NCBI RefSeq assembly: GCF_023055435.1
Contig: NW_025963791.1
Coordinates: forward strand, 35,836,001 to 35,900,000
Direction of reading: 5' to 3'
Length of the DNA: 64,000 nucleotides
Source: Haliotis rufescens
Lineage: Eukaryota
Shown piece by piece: positions 51,946 to 64,000 of this stretch. The notes beneath the pieces were generated by a model, which saw only the letters and a list, made by a program, of their open reading frames with translations, did not search any database and had not been told where the DNA came from. Made by a program: the position numbers and the translations under genes. Position 1 is the first letter of the stretch. Every line of letters begins with the position of its first letter.

Positions 51946-54900
51946 TACTGCTGCTGCTACTACTACTAATAATAATAATAATCGTAGCAGAATACATAGA
52001 GGATATTGGGGTCACAGGTGGCCCAGTCCTCTAAGGCGCCGCAATTCGCTGTGCAGAGTTGCGTCCCTTGGGCACACCAGGAACCTATGATTGTGGGTTC
52101 GAATCCCGGTTCGCCTCGATTATGTGTCTAGGTTTGTCAGCACCATACCCGTGCTCGTGGGTTTCATCGAAGTGGTAAACGTCTGAGACCTGCATCGCTT
52201 CGGGCTTTCCTCCCACATTAAGCTGACACGCCGCGATATAACTGTAATACTGTTAAAAGCGGCGTTAAACCCAACTCACTCACTCAAATAAAGGATATTA
52301 GTCCTACTTTGTCAATACCTTCTTTAGCTCATCGAGTGACCAACAAAGTTGATGTTCACATGTTTTCGTTAAAAAGTTTTCTGCCGCTATCAACTATACT
52401 GACTTACGCTGACTCACAACCATCGCTTTTGTTCCCTCAGATTGTAACGTGGCCATCAACACCGACATCGTCATCGCCATCCACGACAGTGCATCAACGA
52501 TGCAGTCGTTTTGGGGAGGGTTAGTTATCTCCCCTGGTTTAGCCAACTTTCTCCGCTCATTCGTCACTCTCTTCGACTTGACCAAGGTCCGGATCTCGCT
52601 GGTTGCATACGGTACAACGACACGTGAACTCACCGGCTTCACAAACCAGCCACAAACGCTGCAGACCGCGTTACGATGGAGGCCGGAATTCGGAGCAGCA
52701 AGAACCTATGACGCTGTCCGCTTCATCAGCAACCAATTCAGAGCAAACGCCCGCCCAAACACAGCCAAACTCGCAATCTTCCTCACCAACAGAGCGTCTG
52801 ATAATTATATAGCTACAGTGTCCGAGAGCATCCAGTTGAGGGCGGAGGAAGTTGCTGTCATCGGCGTGGCTTTCGGACAGAGTCCTACCAGAGAGTTGGT
52901 CATGATGGCGGGAGGGAACGGCCAACAAGTCGTCTCCACGACATCAGATTACCTTCTGATACAACAAAGCCCAAGGATCAAGAGGACCATCTGTTATCGT
53001 GAGTAGGACGTTAGGGAGGAACACAGTCTGTTGACCACTTCTAGACTTTTTAAACCAGCAAGCCATTAAGTTCAACTGTCAACATGACACAGGGGGGCAC
53101 GGGTGACTAAGTGGCATGCCAGACACTGTTATCGTGGTTCGAATCCCAGTTCGCCCTGATTATGTTTCTTGCTTTGTTAGCACTATACCCGTGGTAAACG
53201 TCTGAAACCTGCATCACTTCGGGCTCTCCCACATCAAGCTGACACGCCGTGCTACTAAAATACTGTTCAAAGCGGCGTTAATTAAATTCAACTCCCTCTA
53301 TCACACTACTATCATAGGAACCCGAAGCTCTGATCAAAGTAATGCTATTTTATGCCTTTTGAATATATATATATATATAAACTTGAATCCCTCTCCGAAA
53401 CAGCAAATGGGCTCATTATGAATACACGTACATGTGTTACAGTCAATGTGTAAAATGACTGAAATTTTTACTTAAGCACTTTACCAAACGTCAAACTATT
53501 TCAGTCATTTTACAATTATTTTTCCATGTATTATGATAACGAATTCCAAACATTTTATTTCATCACCCAGTGACAGAAAATGATACGATTAAAAGAAAAC
53601 GAAAGTCAATGTATTTCTTAATATATATTTTTCGGCTTCTATTCCTTTGTAGTAAGTGACTTTTTATGCGTGTTTATATAAACAAGCTTCGTTTTTTATA
53701 GTTGTTCAGCTGTACCAGCAAATATTGGCGAGACGACCCACTACAACTTCGACGGTCACTCCACTCTGTAAGTATTGGGCTCTGACGTCATGTCGTTTGT
53801 ATTCCAGTTGTGGAGACCGCCTCCGTGGTCTAGTGGTAGAGCGGAAGGTCCGGGGTTCGATCCCCGACCGCGCCATACCAAAAGACGTTAAAAGATGGTA
53901 CTTGTTGTTACCCTGTCTGGCGCTCGGCATTAAGGGGCTAAAACAAGTCGGCTCGGAGTCAGTATACTGTGTCTGAGTGGGGTATTCATGTTAAACTGCG
54001 GCATGGTATCTCAATGTGCTAGCACTATAAATCGGCATCAGTCCGCAGCCACACAAACACACACACGTACATGCACGTAGCTATATAAGTGCAATAATCT
54101 TGGACGCGACGTTAAACCCCATTTCACCTCACCTCACCCGTGGAAAAGGACAACCGACGAGCACACGCTGGGCGCTACAATGCGCTGCAATTCTGCGCAG
54201 ACATGTTGCCAGGACATGCTGGTCGATTCCACATTCGTCCTTGATTCTAGTTTGTCTTCGGTGGGGTAGCCTTGTTAATGAAGCAGTTGCTCGCCACGCT
54301 GAAGACCAGGGTCCGATGCCAATTGGGGACAATGTGTGAAGCGCATTTCTGGTCTCCCGACGGAACACTGCGTTAATCAATACTCACTCACTGACTCTCG
54401 TTGGGTTTTCCACTCATAAGAAGTCGGCACGCCGTGATAACTGAAATACTGTTTAAAATGGCTTTAAACATAACTCACTCACTCGAGGAGAAAGCTCTCT
54501 AATACTGGCGTGATCAGCTGACACAACTTATCAGCTATATCAGGACAACCTGGTATTTGGACAAAATGTGCTTGTTAATGGTGATTCTGATACAATATTG
54601 ATGCACTTACACAAACAAGCATTGCTTTTGGGGCTCTGTGACCTAGTGGTGTAAGAGGCTGTAATTTGCCGTGCGGAGTTGCGTTCCGTATCCATGCCAG
54701 GATCTGATGATAGCTGATTCGATGATACTTGATTTTTCTCACCTTCTATTACCCATCCTTGCTTAAAGCGTCATCAAACTGAGCTCACTGTCCCTGAATC
54801 GTTTTGGGATTAATAATTTAATAAATACTCCTATAATCCGTGTTTCAGCTGTCGTGTCAAACATCATGCTGGTGTTAGACCACTCAGACAGTACCAGACG

Positions 54901-55438
54901 TTTTTCGGGCCTCACCTTCACCTGGGCATCTGCTCTTTCCAACTTTGCCAATGCATTTGCCAATCGTATAGCTCCCGCTAACGGAGCCTGTACCATCGGA
55001 CTCACAACGTTTTCCGACACGGCGACAACACGACAACAACTTACAGGTGACGCGACCACCTTCACGAACGCAGTGAATACCGTAGCAGGTGACAGCACCA
55101 TCACCTTCGCCGGATCCAACATCGCAGGTGCCATTACCCAGGCTGCCAATGAACTTACGAACAACGGCAACGCAGGAGCTCAGAAAGTGATTTACGTCGT
55201 TGTTGACGGGTCTCCGAACGATGCAGCCGCCGTGGAAGCTGCTGCCCAAGCCGCCGCCGCTGCTGGCATCACCGTATACGCTGTCTCTTTGCAGACGCTG
55301 AGTGGCCTGGCGGTGACACAGGCGACTCTCGACTCCATCGCACAGGATCCTGTCCGGACATTCCCGAATCGGGACGACGCAAATCTTGTAGATTTGACAA
55401 CGAGTCTTCCTACCGCAATCTGTCCCCCTGTCCTCTAG
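51633..55438 (+). CDS. Secreted protein with two von Willebrand factor A domains, paralogue 1
   Basis: Exons 51633-51708 (signal peptide MVPSVKVIGTALVFLCVAL), 52441-52998 (VWA1), 53702-53767 (Thr-rich linker), 54849-55438 (VWA2, DHSDS...VDGS); all phase-1 introns; AATAAA 55947. Confidence 0.88.
51765..51982. repeat. Microsatellites (TGCGTG)n and (CTA)n/(TAA)n
   Basis: Read directly from the sequence. Confidence 0.9.
52008..52286 (+). mobile_element. SINE family C
   Basis: Full tRNA-like head and (ACTC)n tail; AGGATATT flanks both ends. Confidence 0.87.
53814..54135 (+). mobile_element. tRNA-derived SINE with Meta-domain-like core (related copies near 47405-47610 and 50320-50545)
   Basis: GTGGTCTAGTGG / GGTTCGATCCC boxes; CATACCAAAAGACGTTAAAAGATGGTACTTG...TGGCGCTCGGCATTAAGGG core; superfamily name from recall. 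Confidence 0.7.
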
Positions 55439-56719
55439 TAATGAAACGGGGACGTGTGTTTCTCACATTAAGATCATTGGTGATCTACGGTGTCGGGTTA
55501 ATTTATTGCCCATAGAATACGGGTTAGGGTCAGCGTTATTGTGAAGTCTCCCTGATACGTTAATGCTCACTTTAACTTCTTTGGGTGTTGGTCGTCTTAA
55601 TTAAGTTTAAATCACGATACGGATCTTGGTACTTGGATTACGACTTACGACTTTTATGGACTATGAACACTTTCTGTAAATGTCACATCAACATTGCCAG
55701 TTTATCGACCCCTAATTATCATCTGTCTTGACTATCAGTAGTCTTGCGCGATTTTGATGTCAACTAAAGATATTTTAAATGGTGTTTTGATGTATTGTTA
55801 TCGGGTCATGGCTAATTGCAACAGTGTTTGCACATGGAGGGCACGGATCTAGCTTATTGTGATGCATGTGTTGAATGTAAATATTTATTTTCATTTAATC
55901 ATCTATGTCATGTAATTTATGAAAGATGAATACATTGTTTAGAATCAATAAATGATTGCCATTTTGTCTTAATTTTGTGTTTTTGTATAGAAACGTCTGG
56001 AATAATGTTTATTGTATTCACTGTTATTGTTGTCTCATGGTGTTTACACAATACAATTTGGTAACAGTTAAATGCAACGGCTGTGCTGCTACGAACAAGC
56101 GGGACAGAATTTCAATAAGTTAAACATCATAATTATTATTTAAAAGATGCTGGCTTTCACGACATCCTTGAACTAGAAGAGAACATGATTTCACATGATC
56201 CAAATGTGCACGATTGAAATGTTTGTATAATATATCTTGGTCCAGTCGTCTAAGGCGCCGCGTTTCGCCATCAAGAGACACGCCCCTTTTGTGTACCCGA
56301 GACTTGTGATGGTTGTTTCGCATTCCGGTTCGCCCTGATTATGTTTGTTGGTTTGTCAGCACCATACCCGTGCTCATGGGTTTCCAAAGGTGGTAAACAT
56401 CCAGGACCTGCATCGCAACAGGTTTCCTCTATCACCAAGCCGATACGCCCTGATATGACAGACACAGCGTACATAGTGGCGTCAAACCCAACTCACTCAC
56501 TCTTTCAGCAAGTCAGTCGTGTTAAATGATGTTCCATATCACACGTCATTACGGGCCTTGACTTCGCATACCGCGTCATCTTATGTAGTTTATATATATT
56601 CGGAAATAAGCCCTACTCCTTTTATTGGCGATACAGATACTAATGTACAGTAATTATAACGAACGTGCTTATAACGAACTGACGGATATAACGAACTTAT
56701 TTTTAGTCTCGGCCATTGC

Positions 56720-56721
<2 letters not shown>

Positions 56722-56779
<58 letters not shown>
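56722..56779. repeat. (TA)n microsatellite within a MITE
   Basis: Read directly from the sequence. Confidence 0.95.
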
Positions 56780-56781
<2 letters not shown>

Positions 56782-58223
56782 TTACAACGAACTCCGGTTA
56801 TAACGAACTGAAATTAGTAGTCACTTTGAGTTCGTTATTACCGTAGTTTACTGTATGCCATTAAACACAAGAATATTTCCAAAATCTGTTGAAAACATTC
56901 TTGAACATATGAAAGTAGGAACTGTCGAAACGAAATAAAGGACCCAGTCAAGAAGGAAAGCGAGTATTCGGCACAACTGTTTGAGAGTGCAATCATCTGC
57001 AAAATTCACCTCATTACGATGTCATAAAGTTAAAGGTCACCAAGACGTATTGTAAGGCTGAACATCATACGGTAGAGCTGAAATAACTGGTTCACGAGGT
57101 CATGACTTGCACTTCCCATACAGCATCCCAGCAAGATTTGCTGATAGGGGAATGTAACAAACAACAGTAACAATCAGTAACACATATTTCCTACAGCAAT
57201 AAGATAAAGAGGATTGGATTAAAACAATACACAATTATTCTATTTTGGTGTTATTCACAGTTAGCAACGGAACGACGTTTTCTTAAAATATAAAATCATA
57301 CAAGTAGTCATTTATTTACTCAATCTTAAGGCGATGTTCTTGTAACTATCGGATTTTTTGGTCCCCCGATCACCTAAATGTCTGGCTTGTTTACAGGCCG
57401 CCGTCAGGTGTACTGCTGCGCGGCGTCAGACAATACATTTTACCTTCTTTATGAATTTGCGTGGATGGCGTGAACTATCAGCAGGGCAGGACATGCTTGT
57501 TCTTTTCGCGAACAGCTTGTGTCTTCACTGATATTTAGTGGTACATTCATATGACTGTCCCAGCTATTTTGCCGCTATTGTACCGCTGTTGGTGGTTTAA
57601 GGAGAAAAAGAGATGATGTACAACACAGTATTTTTATTCATTTCTGATACAAATTTGTTGATTCGGGCCTTCATTTTTGTAAACAAATGTGAAACATTTC
57701 AGAACCTTATCTCCTACACTACTACAACGTACATCCCACCTGCATGTTACGTACAAGCCATGTCTCCGGGCGGTGTTTATCATCTTAATTATATTAATCT
57801 GTTCTAATCAACATGAAGTGACATCGTTCTTGCTTACGCTCGATTTGCGGAATTGGGACAGCGCTGGATGTTTGACCTCAGTCCAGTTCGATCTTGACCC
57901 CCGGGCAGTGGCCACTTGGCTATATCAGATGGAACAGTGGAAGCGTTATCATTCTCGTCTGTCCATAGTCTGTACTGCGTCCACAGAGAGAGCATTGTAT
58001 GTTTGTTTAATTTTTTTAACGTACACCATTTTCAGCAAGGTCTGTCTCGGTGGATTTACCGTCAAATGTCCAAAACTGAGTTAGGCTTGAGTGCCATTTA
58101 AGTGTGGTTCTACCATTGCGACTAAAGGCTATTTATTTTGATTAGAATAATTTGATTAAGATGTTTTAGATATCTGTTTGTTCCCTTGTAGACATTCACG
58201 TATTATTGCTCGCTCCATGACAG

Positions 58224-61200
58224 ATGGAGGTCCTGATGTCGTCTGCTCGCCTTCATCTCGTCTGCCTGGTCGTGTGTTTCCTGTTGGGGGGAAATGCCTC
58301 CGCTTCACGTGAGTAATCGGGACTGAAACACTTCTTTAATGGAGAAATATATTTGAAAAGGACAAATGCTATCTTACAGAGTGTCCGTATACTCAGATAT
58401 ATATATATATACATGGTTGCACTACCCAGGTGTCGGTTTATACAAGTGCTGAACTAATTAATATCAGACAGGTTTTACTATTTTACTTTTAGTATTGGTG
58501 TGTCATGTTTTCTGAGACCAAAACCATCGAACGTGATCTACACACACCACTGATAAACATCGACAACTTTTGATTAATTCAAATGATGTCGAATGAACGA
58601 TTTCTGGATGAACATCATGCGATACGTTCATAAATATAAACAATCAACGCAAAAGAATAATGATCAACTAAAACATATTGCATTGGGCGTAAAAGACAAA
58701 ATAAGGGGGGGGGGTTTAAATGAATGGACCCCTGAAACTAAGCACATGCAAAATGTCTGTGCGGGCATATTGGCTTCAGAGGATGATGTCTTGTATATTG
58801 AAATAGAACTGACAACTCTGAAGATAAAGTACATTACCGTATTTAGGTATCGTGTCATACAGAACACTTTCATTGACCACAACTGTATAATTAACATGTG
58901 GCTTTATTCGATGACGTTTTCAGCATGTTCACTGGCCATCGACACCGACGTCGTGATTGCCGTTGCCGACTCCAAGGCGACCATGTATCACAGTTGGGGA
59001 GGAATCGTCCTCTCCCCGGGGCTTGTCCACTTCCTGAAAACATTCGTATCACAGTGTGACTACAGTAAAGTCCGAATATCCATTGTCGCAGTCAGCAACA
59101 CCGTCAGGCTCCTTGCGCCATTTACCAACAACCCAAACGACCTTCACCTTGCCATTCAGTCTTGGAGACCGCAGTTTAAGGGAGCAAAACGCTCTCTAGC
59201 TCTGAGGTCCATCAGATCGTACTTCAAGACAGACGCTCGTCCAAAAGCCGCCCGCATCGTCATTGACGTCACCCCACAGCAATCCGAAAACTACTTCGCC
59301 ACACTGTCTGAGAGCCTGCAGCTGAGGGCGGATCACGTCGCTATCATTGGCGTCGGTTACGGTCGTTACGCCCCCTCTCAAGAGTTGATGGCAATGACCG
59401 GAAGTCGTAATCGAGTCTTAATAACGGCCAACGATTACTTCCTTATTTACTTCGTGAAGCCAATTAAGCAACTTATTTGTACACGTGAGTAAAACAGAAT
59501 TATCAGATCGTGAAAAATAACGTCCATATTACCAACCGAATTAACGGTTAAGATATATAGCTGAAAATGTAAATAATGACATAAAACTAAATTGAAACTA
59601 TACGCCCGTAATTTTATTCATATTTTCTTTGACAGTGAGCCAGGCATTTCAGAACAATTTGACCAAAGGTATGTACTTTTTTTCACAATACTGGATACCA
59701 TAAAAATTTCATACCGGAAACGGAATGAAAACTACATCCGAAAATCAATACCCCGAGGTGTTCAATTTACATGTCGCAATTCTCCATAGATAACAGTGAG
59801 TGAGTGAGTGAGTTGAGTTTTACGCCGCTTTTAACAGTATTCCAGTTATATCACGGCGTGTCAACTTAATGTGGGAGGAAAGCCCGAAGTGATGCAGGTC
59901 TCAGACGTTTACCACTTCGGTGAAACCCACGAGCACGGGTATGGTGCTGCCAAACCTAGAAACATAATCGGGGCGAACCGGGATTCGAACCCACAATCAT
60001 AGGTTTCTGGCGTGCCCTAGGGACGCAACTCTGCACAGCGAATCGCGGCGCCTTTAGACGACTGGGCCACCCGTGCCCCCCCATAGATAACAAGGTGCGT
60101 GAACACCACCCTTCATCCCCAGTTATATAAAAGGTCTAGATATCTTAATAGTAATTATTTGATAAAGAAAAGAAAAAATCAATTTCTAAACGACGTGTAA
60201 CGCTTTCTATTCCTATTCATTTTGTAGTTTCATTAACTACCTCTACCGCGACTACAACGACACCCACAACAACTACAACGCAAACAACAACGACTACGGC
60301 TGTGATGGTTATGACTACGCTGGTTGATGAGGCAACGACTACCGCCGGTAGATACATTACTTTATCAGTCAAACTGCTATCTTTTCAGTCATACATTAGA
60401 CAGGTTATAAAAAACAGATGTGTTCTGTCAATTTTGATTACAATATTTTACCAACTAATCAAAGGCATTATAAGACAATATTTCACCCATGTACCGTTAG
60501 GTCTGAAGCTCTGGAACCATACGCAGCACCAAGAGTTTTAAATGCTTTCTTTTAAGTGGGAAAAAATTAAGTGAGTGAATAGTGTTTTATGTCGCCGTCG
60601 TCCATACTCCAGCTTTATTTTCCCCGTAGAATAGAATTGCAGTTGTATTGTCATTGTCAATTGTCAACCCATCGAGGCCTATTCTGACCCGTAATCGCCA
60701 CGAGGTTTGGTTTTTAAAGGTTGGTTGGTTGGTTGGTTGGTTGGTTTGTTGTTCAACGCCGCACTCAGCAATATTCCAGCTGTATGACGGCGGTCTGTAA
60801 ATAATCGACTCTGGACCAGACAATCCAGGGATTGATATCAAGAGCATCGATCCACGCAATTGGGATCGATGACATGCATCAACCAAGTCAGCGAGCCTGA
60901 CCAACCGATCCCGTTAGTCGCCTTTTACGACAAGCGTAGTCACCTTTTACGGTAAGCAAGGGTTGCTGAAGACCTATTCTATCCCGGAATCTTCACGGGT
61001 CGGTTTTTAAAGGAGGAGGGAGGGGTTGTTTCACCGCAATTACGTTTTCGTTTCTTTCAATAGGTACTATGGTGGACATTGTGGTGTTGTTAGACCACTC
61101 GGCCAGTACAACCCGTTCTCAGGGCCTCAATGTCTTCTACAACCCCGCCGTCATTGACTGGTCCAACATGTTCGTCGCCAATCTCCCCCTCGACAGATGT

Positions 61201-61641
61201 CCCGTCGGCTTCACCATCTTTGAGGACAATGCTCAGACACGACAGACCATCACCAGCGATAACACAATGTTAACCGGCGCCATCAACGTCCTAGCCACCG
61301 ACAACACCATCCCCTTTGCCGGTTCCGCGGTCGACTTAGGCATCACCGAGGCAACCAGCCAGCTGATCAACAACGGTATTGCTGGAGCGAAGAAGGTGTT
61401 GGTAGTCCTCATCGATGGATCGTCTAATAATGATGCTGCTACGGAAGCTGCTGCTATTGCTGCCGAGAATATGGGGGTGGAGACGTGGGTAGTGACACTT
61501 CCGACCCTCATGGGCATGGCTATCACACAGCCCCAGCTGGAGGCAATTTCCCGCAGTCCAAGTCGTATTATCAGCGTGAACGACGACCAGGAGCTTCCAC
61601 CGGTTGCAAGCAATTTGGTCTCTAGTATATGTCCTATGTAG
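58224..61641 (+). CDS. Secreted protein with two von Willebrand factor A domains, paralogue 2
   Basis: Exons 58224-58308 (signal peptide), 58924-59484 (VWA1), 60228-60347 (Thr-rich linker), 61064-61641 (VWA2, DHSAS...IDGS); same phase-1 structure as paralogue 1; AATAAA 62135. Confidence 0.88.
59796..60080 (-). mobile_element. SINE family C, full length
   Basis: TSD CCATAGATAACA. Confidence 0.9.
60721..61001 (-). mobile_element. SINE-like family B, full length
   Basis: TSD GGTTTTTAAAGG; starts GACCCGTGAAGA. Confidence 0.9.
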
Positions 61642-61763
61642 GCCTGGTAGAGCGTGGAGTCAGCGTTTCAGTGTGGTCAACTGTCTGAGATGCTCGTGCA
61701 ATGTTTGACAATTTCTTTGTTAAAACGGATTGTTCAAAGCTACTTCTCTTTACTGTAGCAAAA

Positions 61764-61919
61764 GGGGCGGTCGGGTAGCCTAGTGGTTTAACGCCGAAGC
61801 TCGTCATGCCGAAGACCCGGGTTCGATTCCCGACTTGGGTATATTGTATGAAGCCTATTTCTGGTGTCCCCCGCCGTGATATTGCTGCTTAAAGCGGCGT
61901 AAAACCATACTCACTCACT
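61764..61919 (+). mobile_element. SINE family A in the 3' UTR region of VWA paralogue 2
   Basis: Matches 41324-41485; lies between the stop (61641) and AATAAA (62135). Confidence 0.85.
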
Positions 61920-62890
61920 TAAGCTAAGGCTAACATTCTTTTGCACGATGCGATTCCCCTTGTTTTCTCCGTTGATTTGTGATATCTGTAAACTACTAGT
62001 AACGTTTTGATAACGTTTATAATATGTTTGTCAAATACGTTCTTAAACACAGCAATTTTTGACTCAGGTACATGTTTAATTAAGGTGTATTTACTGTGTC
62101 ATGATTGTAAACTAAATGTTTCTTTTCGAAATCGAATAAAACTGATTTATCGGATGAAGTAATTTACTTATATATATTCAAAGTGTATATATGATCATTT
62201 CTGAGCTTTAAAATAATATGTGAACATGTGTCCATCTCCTCGTCTCTGACTACATAGATCCTTAAAACAATGTTTCATTCCAGCTTGCGGTGGGGTAGCC
62301 TCGTGGTTAAAGCGTTCGCTCATCTCGCTGAAAACCCGGGTTCGATTCCCCACATGATGTCCCCCGCCCTGATATTGATGAAATTTAACAAAAACTGCAT
62401 GGAACCACACACACACACACTCACACCCACTCGCATGACGTTGTTTTGAGACCCACGAGAGAGGGTACGGTGCTTGTAAACAATCAATCATAATCAGGAC
62501 GAATGACGGATTCAAACCTGCAATATTAGGATCCTGGTACGCCTAAGGGAAACAAGTCTGCATGGTAAATTGCGGCGTCATAGTTGACTGGGCCACCCAT
62601 GCCCGTATTTGATTCATAATTTCCATCCTTTCAAACAGTTCAATTTTCCAAATAGTTTTGATAAAGTCTTGACCCCTTAGGGAGATTCCATAATAGGTTA
62701 TCAGTACGTCTTTCGTGTCGTAAGGACTCACAAAAATGAAAATCTCGTGACTTTGACTCTGGATAGTACCAAATAGCATGGATCGTTGGTCATGATGTCA
62801 GTCACTGTTAATACTTTGTCATAGAGCTTGACTATGGTTCACAGCGGCGTTAAACATGATTCACCCACTCGTTATATGGCTATGGGAATA

Positions 62891-63130
62891 GTGAGTGAGT
62901 GAGTGAGTTGGGTATTACGCCACATTGAACAGTATTCCAGTCATACGTGTCAGCCTAGTGTGGGCGGGAACGATGCAAGTCTTACGCGTTTACAACTTTG
63001 GTGAAACCCACGAGCATATGACGGATTTGGTGCTGGCAAACCAAGGATCATAATCCGAGTTCAAACCCATTGGCATACTAAAGGGACGAAACTCCGCACA
63101 GCGCCGACGCCTTTGACGACTGCGGGACCA
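62891..63130 (-). mobile_element. SINE family C, diverged
   Basis: Similarity to 59796-60080. Confidence 0.7.
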
Positions 63131-63320
63131 CCATAGCCTCAATTACGGAAAGATAGATTCAGTGCATTAATCTTTTCAATATCTTCAACTGGACCCTTCT
63201 ACAGTTACCTGAACGTATTGCCGTTCCGCGCCGGCATGGTCAATGTAAGCCATGACCCTACAACTCGCCTGGTCAGCCAAGAGTCATTTAAATCACGGCG
63301 TCATTGGTCTATCGTACTTA

Positions 63321-63921
63321 TGCCCCCATTTCACTACGACCACGAATATCCCGAATCACCCCGAATCACCCCGAATCACCCCGAATAGGATTTATGTTCG
63401 TAGATAAACCTCAATCATTTCTTGAAGTTCTTAAATGAATCTTATCTGATTCCCAACCATTCGTACAGTTCGCGGGAGTTCGTCGAATCGGAGAGAAAGT
63501 TTTTATTTGTCAAACACTTTCGTGGAAGGGTCCCCGAATTGCAATTTCGTGGCTGTATCGTAATCCATTCGTAATTAATTCTTATGTTCCGTAACAGCTT
63601 CGTAATCGTTTTTTTGCATTCTTGGTTATTCTTAGCGATTCGAGACTCCCAAAATTTCTTGTCCTCAACCTTAAAACGTCCAGAAACAAATACGAATGTC
63701 CCGAGTCAACTACGAATTATGTAAGAATTAAATAAGAAGACAATCGGCATATTCGTAACTTAGTCGTAGGCGATTTTTACAATTCGTGCATGATCCGTAT
63801 ATGAAGCTTGTAATTCGTACATGTTTCATAACCCATTCTTGGCATTCTTCCTATCACGAATTTCGAAAGTTTCCGATTCGGAGTGATTCGGGATATTCGT
63901 GGTCGTAGTGAAAGGGGGGCA
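63321..63921. mobile_element. PIF/Harbinger-like MITE, about 600 bp
   Basis: About 39-bp TIRs TGCCCCCATTTCACTACGACCACGAATATCCCGAATCAC; 3-bp TTA duplication; subterminal CCCGAATCAC repeats. Confidence 0.85.
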
Positions 63922-64000
63922 TTACTCAGAACTATCTCCATCGGCATTGCTGTGTCGGCCCTCACACACAAGGAATTAACACAACACCAGGTTTAAACTC

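Noticed and set aside
54763-55249. Minus-strand ORFs over VWA2 exons (also 61233-61613) and the plus-strand ORF 7081-7479 over CCAR1
   Set aside because: Antisense shadows of real coding exons
58593-58923. N-terminal 110 codons of the 299-aa ORF
   Set aside because: Intronic read-through; the real exon starts at the acceptor at 58924, as the paralogue shows

Overview
Eukaryotic, intron-rich animal DNA. The repeat content looks molluscan, possibly gastropod (inference). Left half: a minus-strand CCAR1 gene (ATG 28054, 15 coding exons in the window, running off the left edge). Its 12.6 kb second coding intron holds a decayed DIRS relic and a decayed Gypsy retrotransposon, into which an apparently intact DIRS-type tyrosine-recombinase retrotransposon (18790-24706) has inserted. 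Head-to-head with CCAR1 is RPL38 (70 aa, 5'TOP start), whose introns carry three copies of a box C/D snoRNA. The right half holds an orphan spliced ORF (42372-45424) and two tandem paralogous genes for secreted double-VWA proteins. Five SINE-like families and several MITE families are scattered throughout. Best novelty candidates: (1) a SINE-like family whose fixed 5' end is a pseudoknotted, ribozyme-like module instead of a tRNA head; (2) in-frame UGA-C linkage of DIRS gag to a 682-codon AUG-free extension of the recombinase ORF; (3) the orphan gene; (4) a weak GC donor in CCAR1 followed by an in-frame stop. All coordinates were read by eye and no searches were run.
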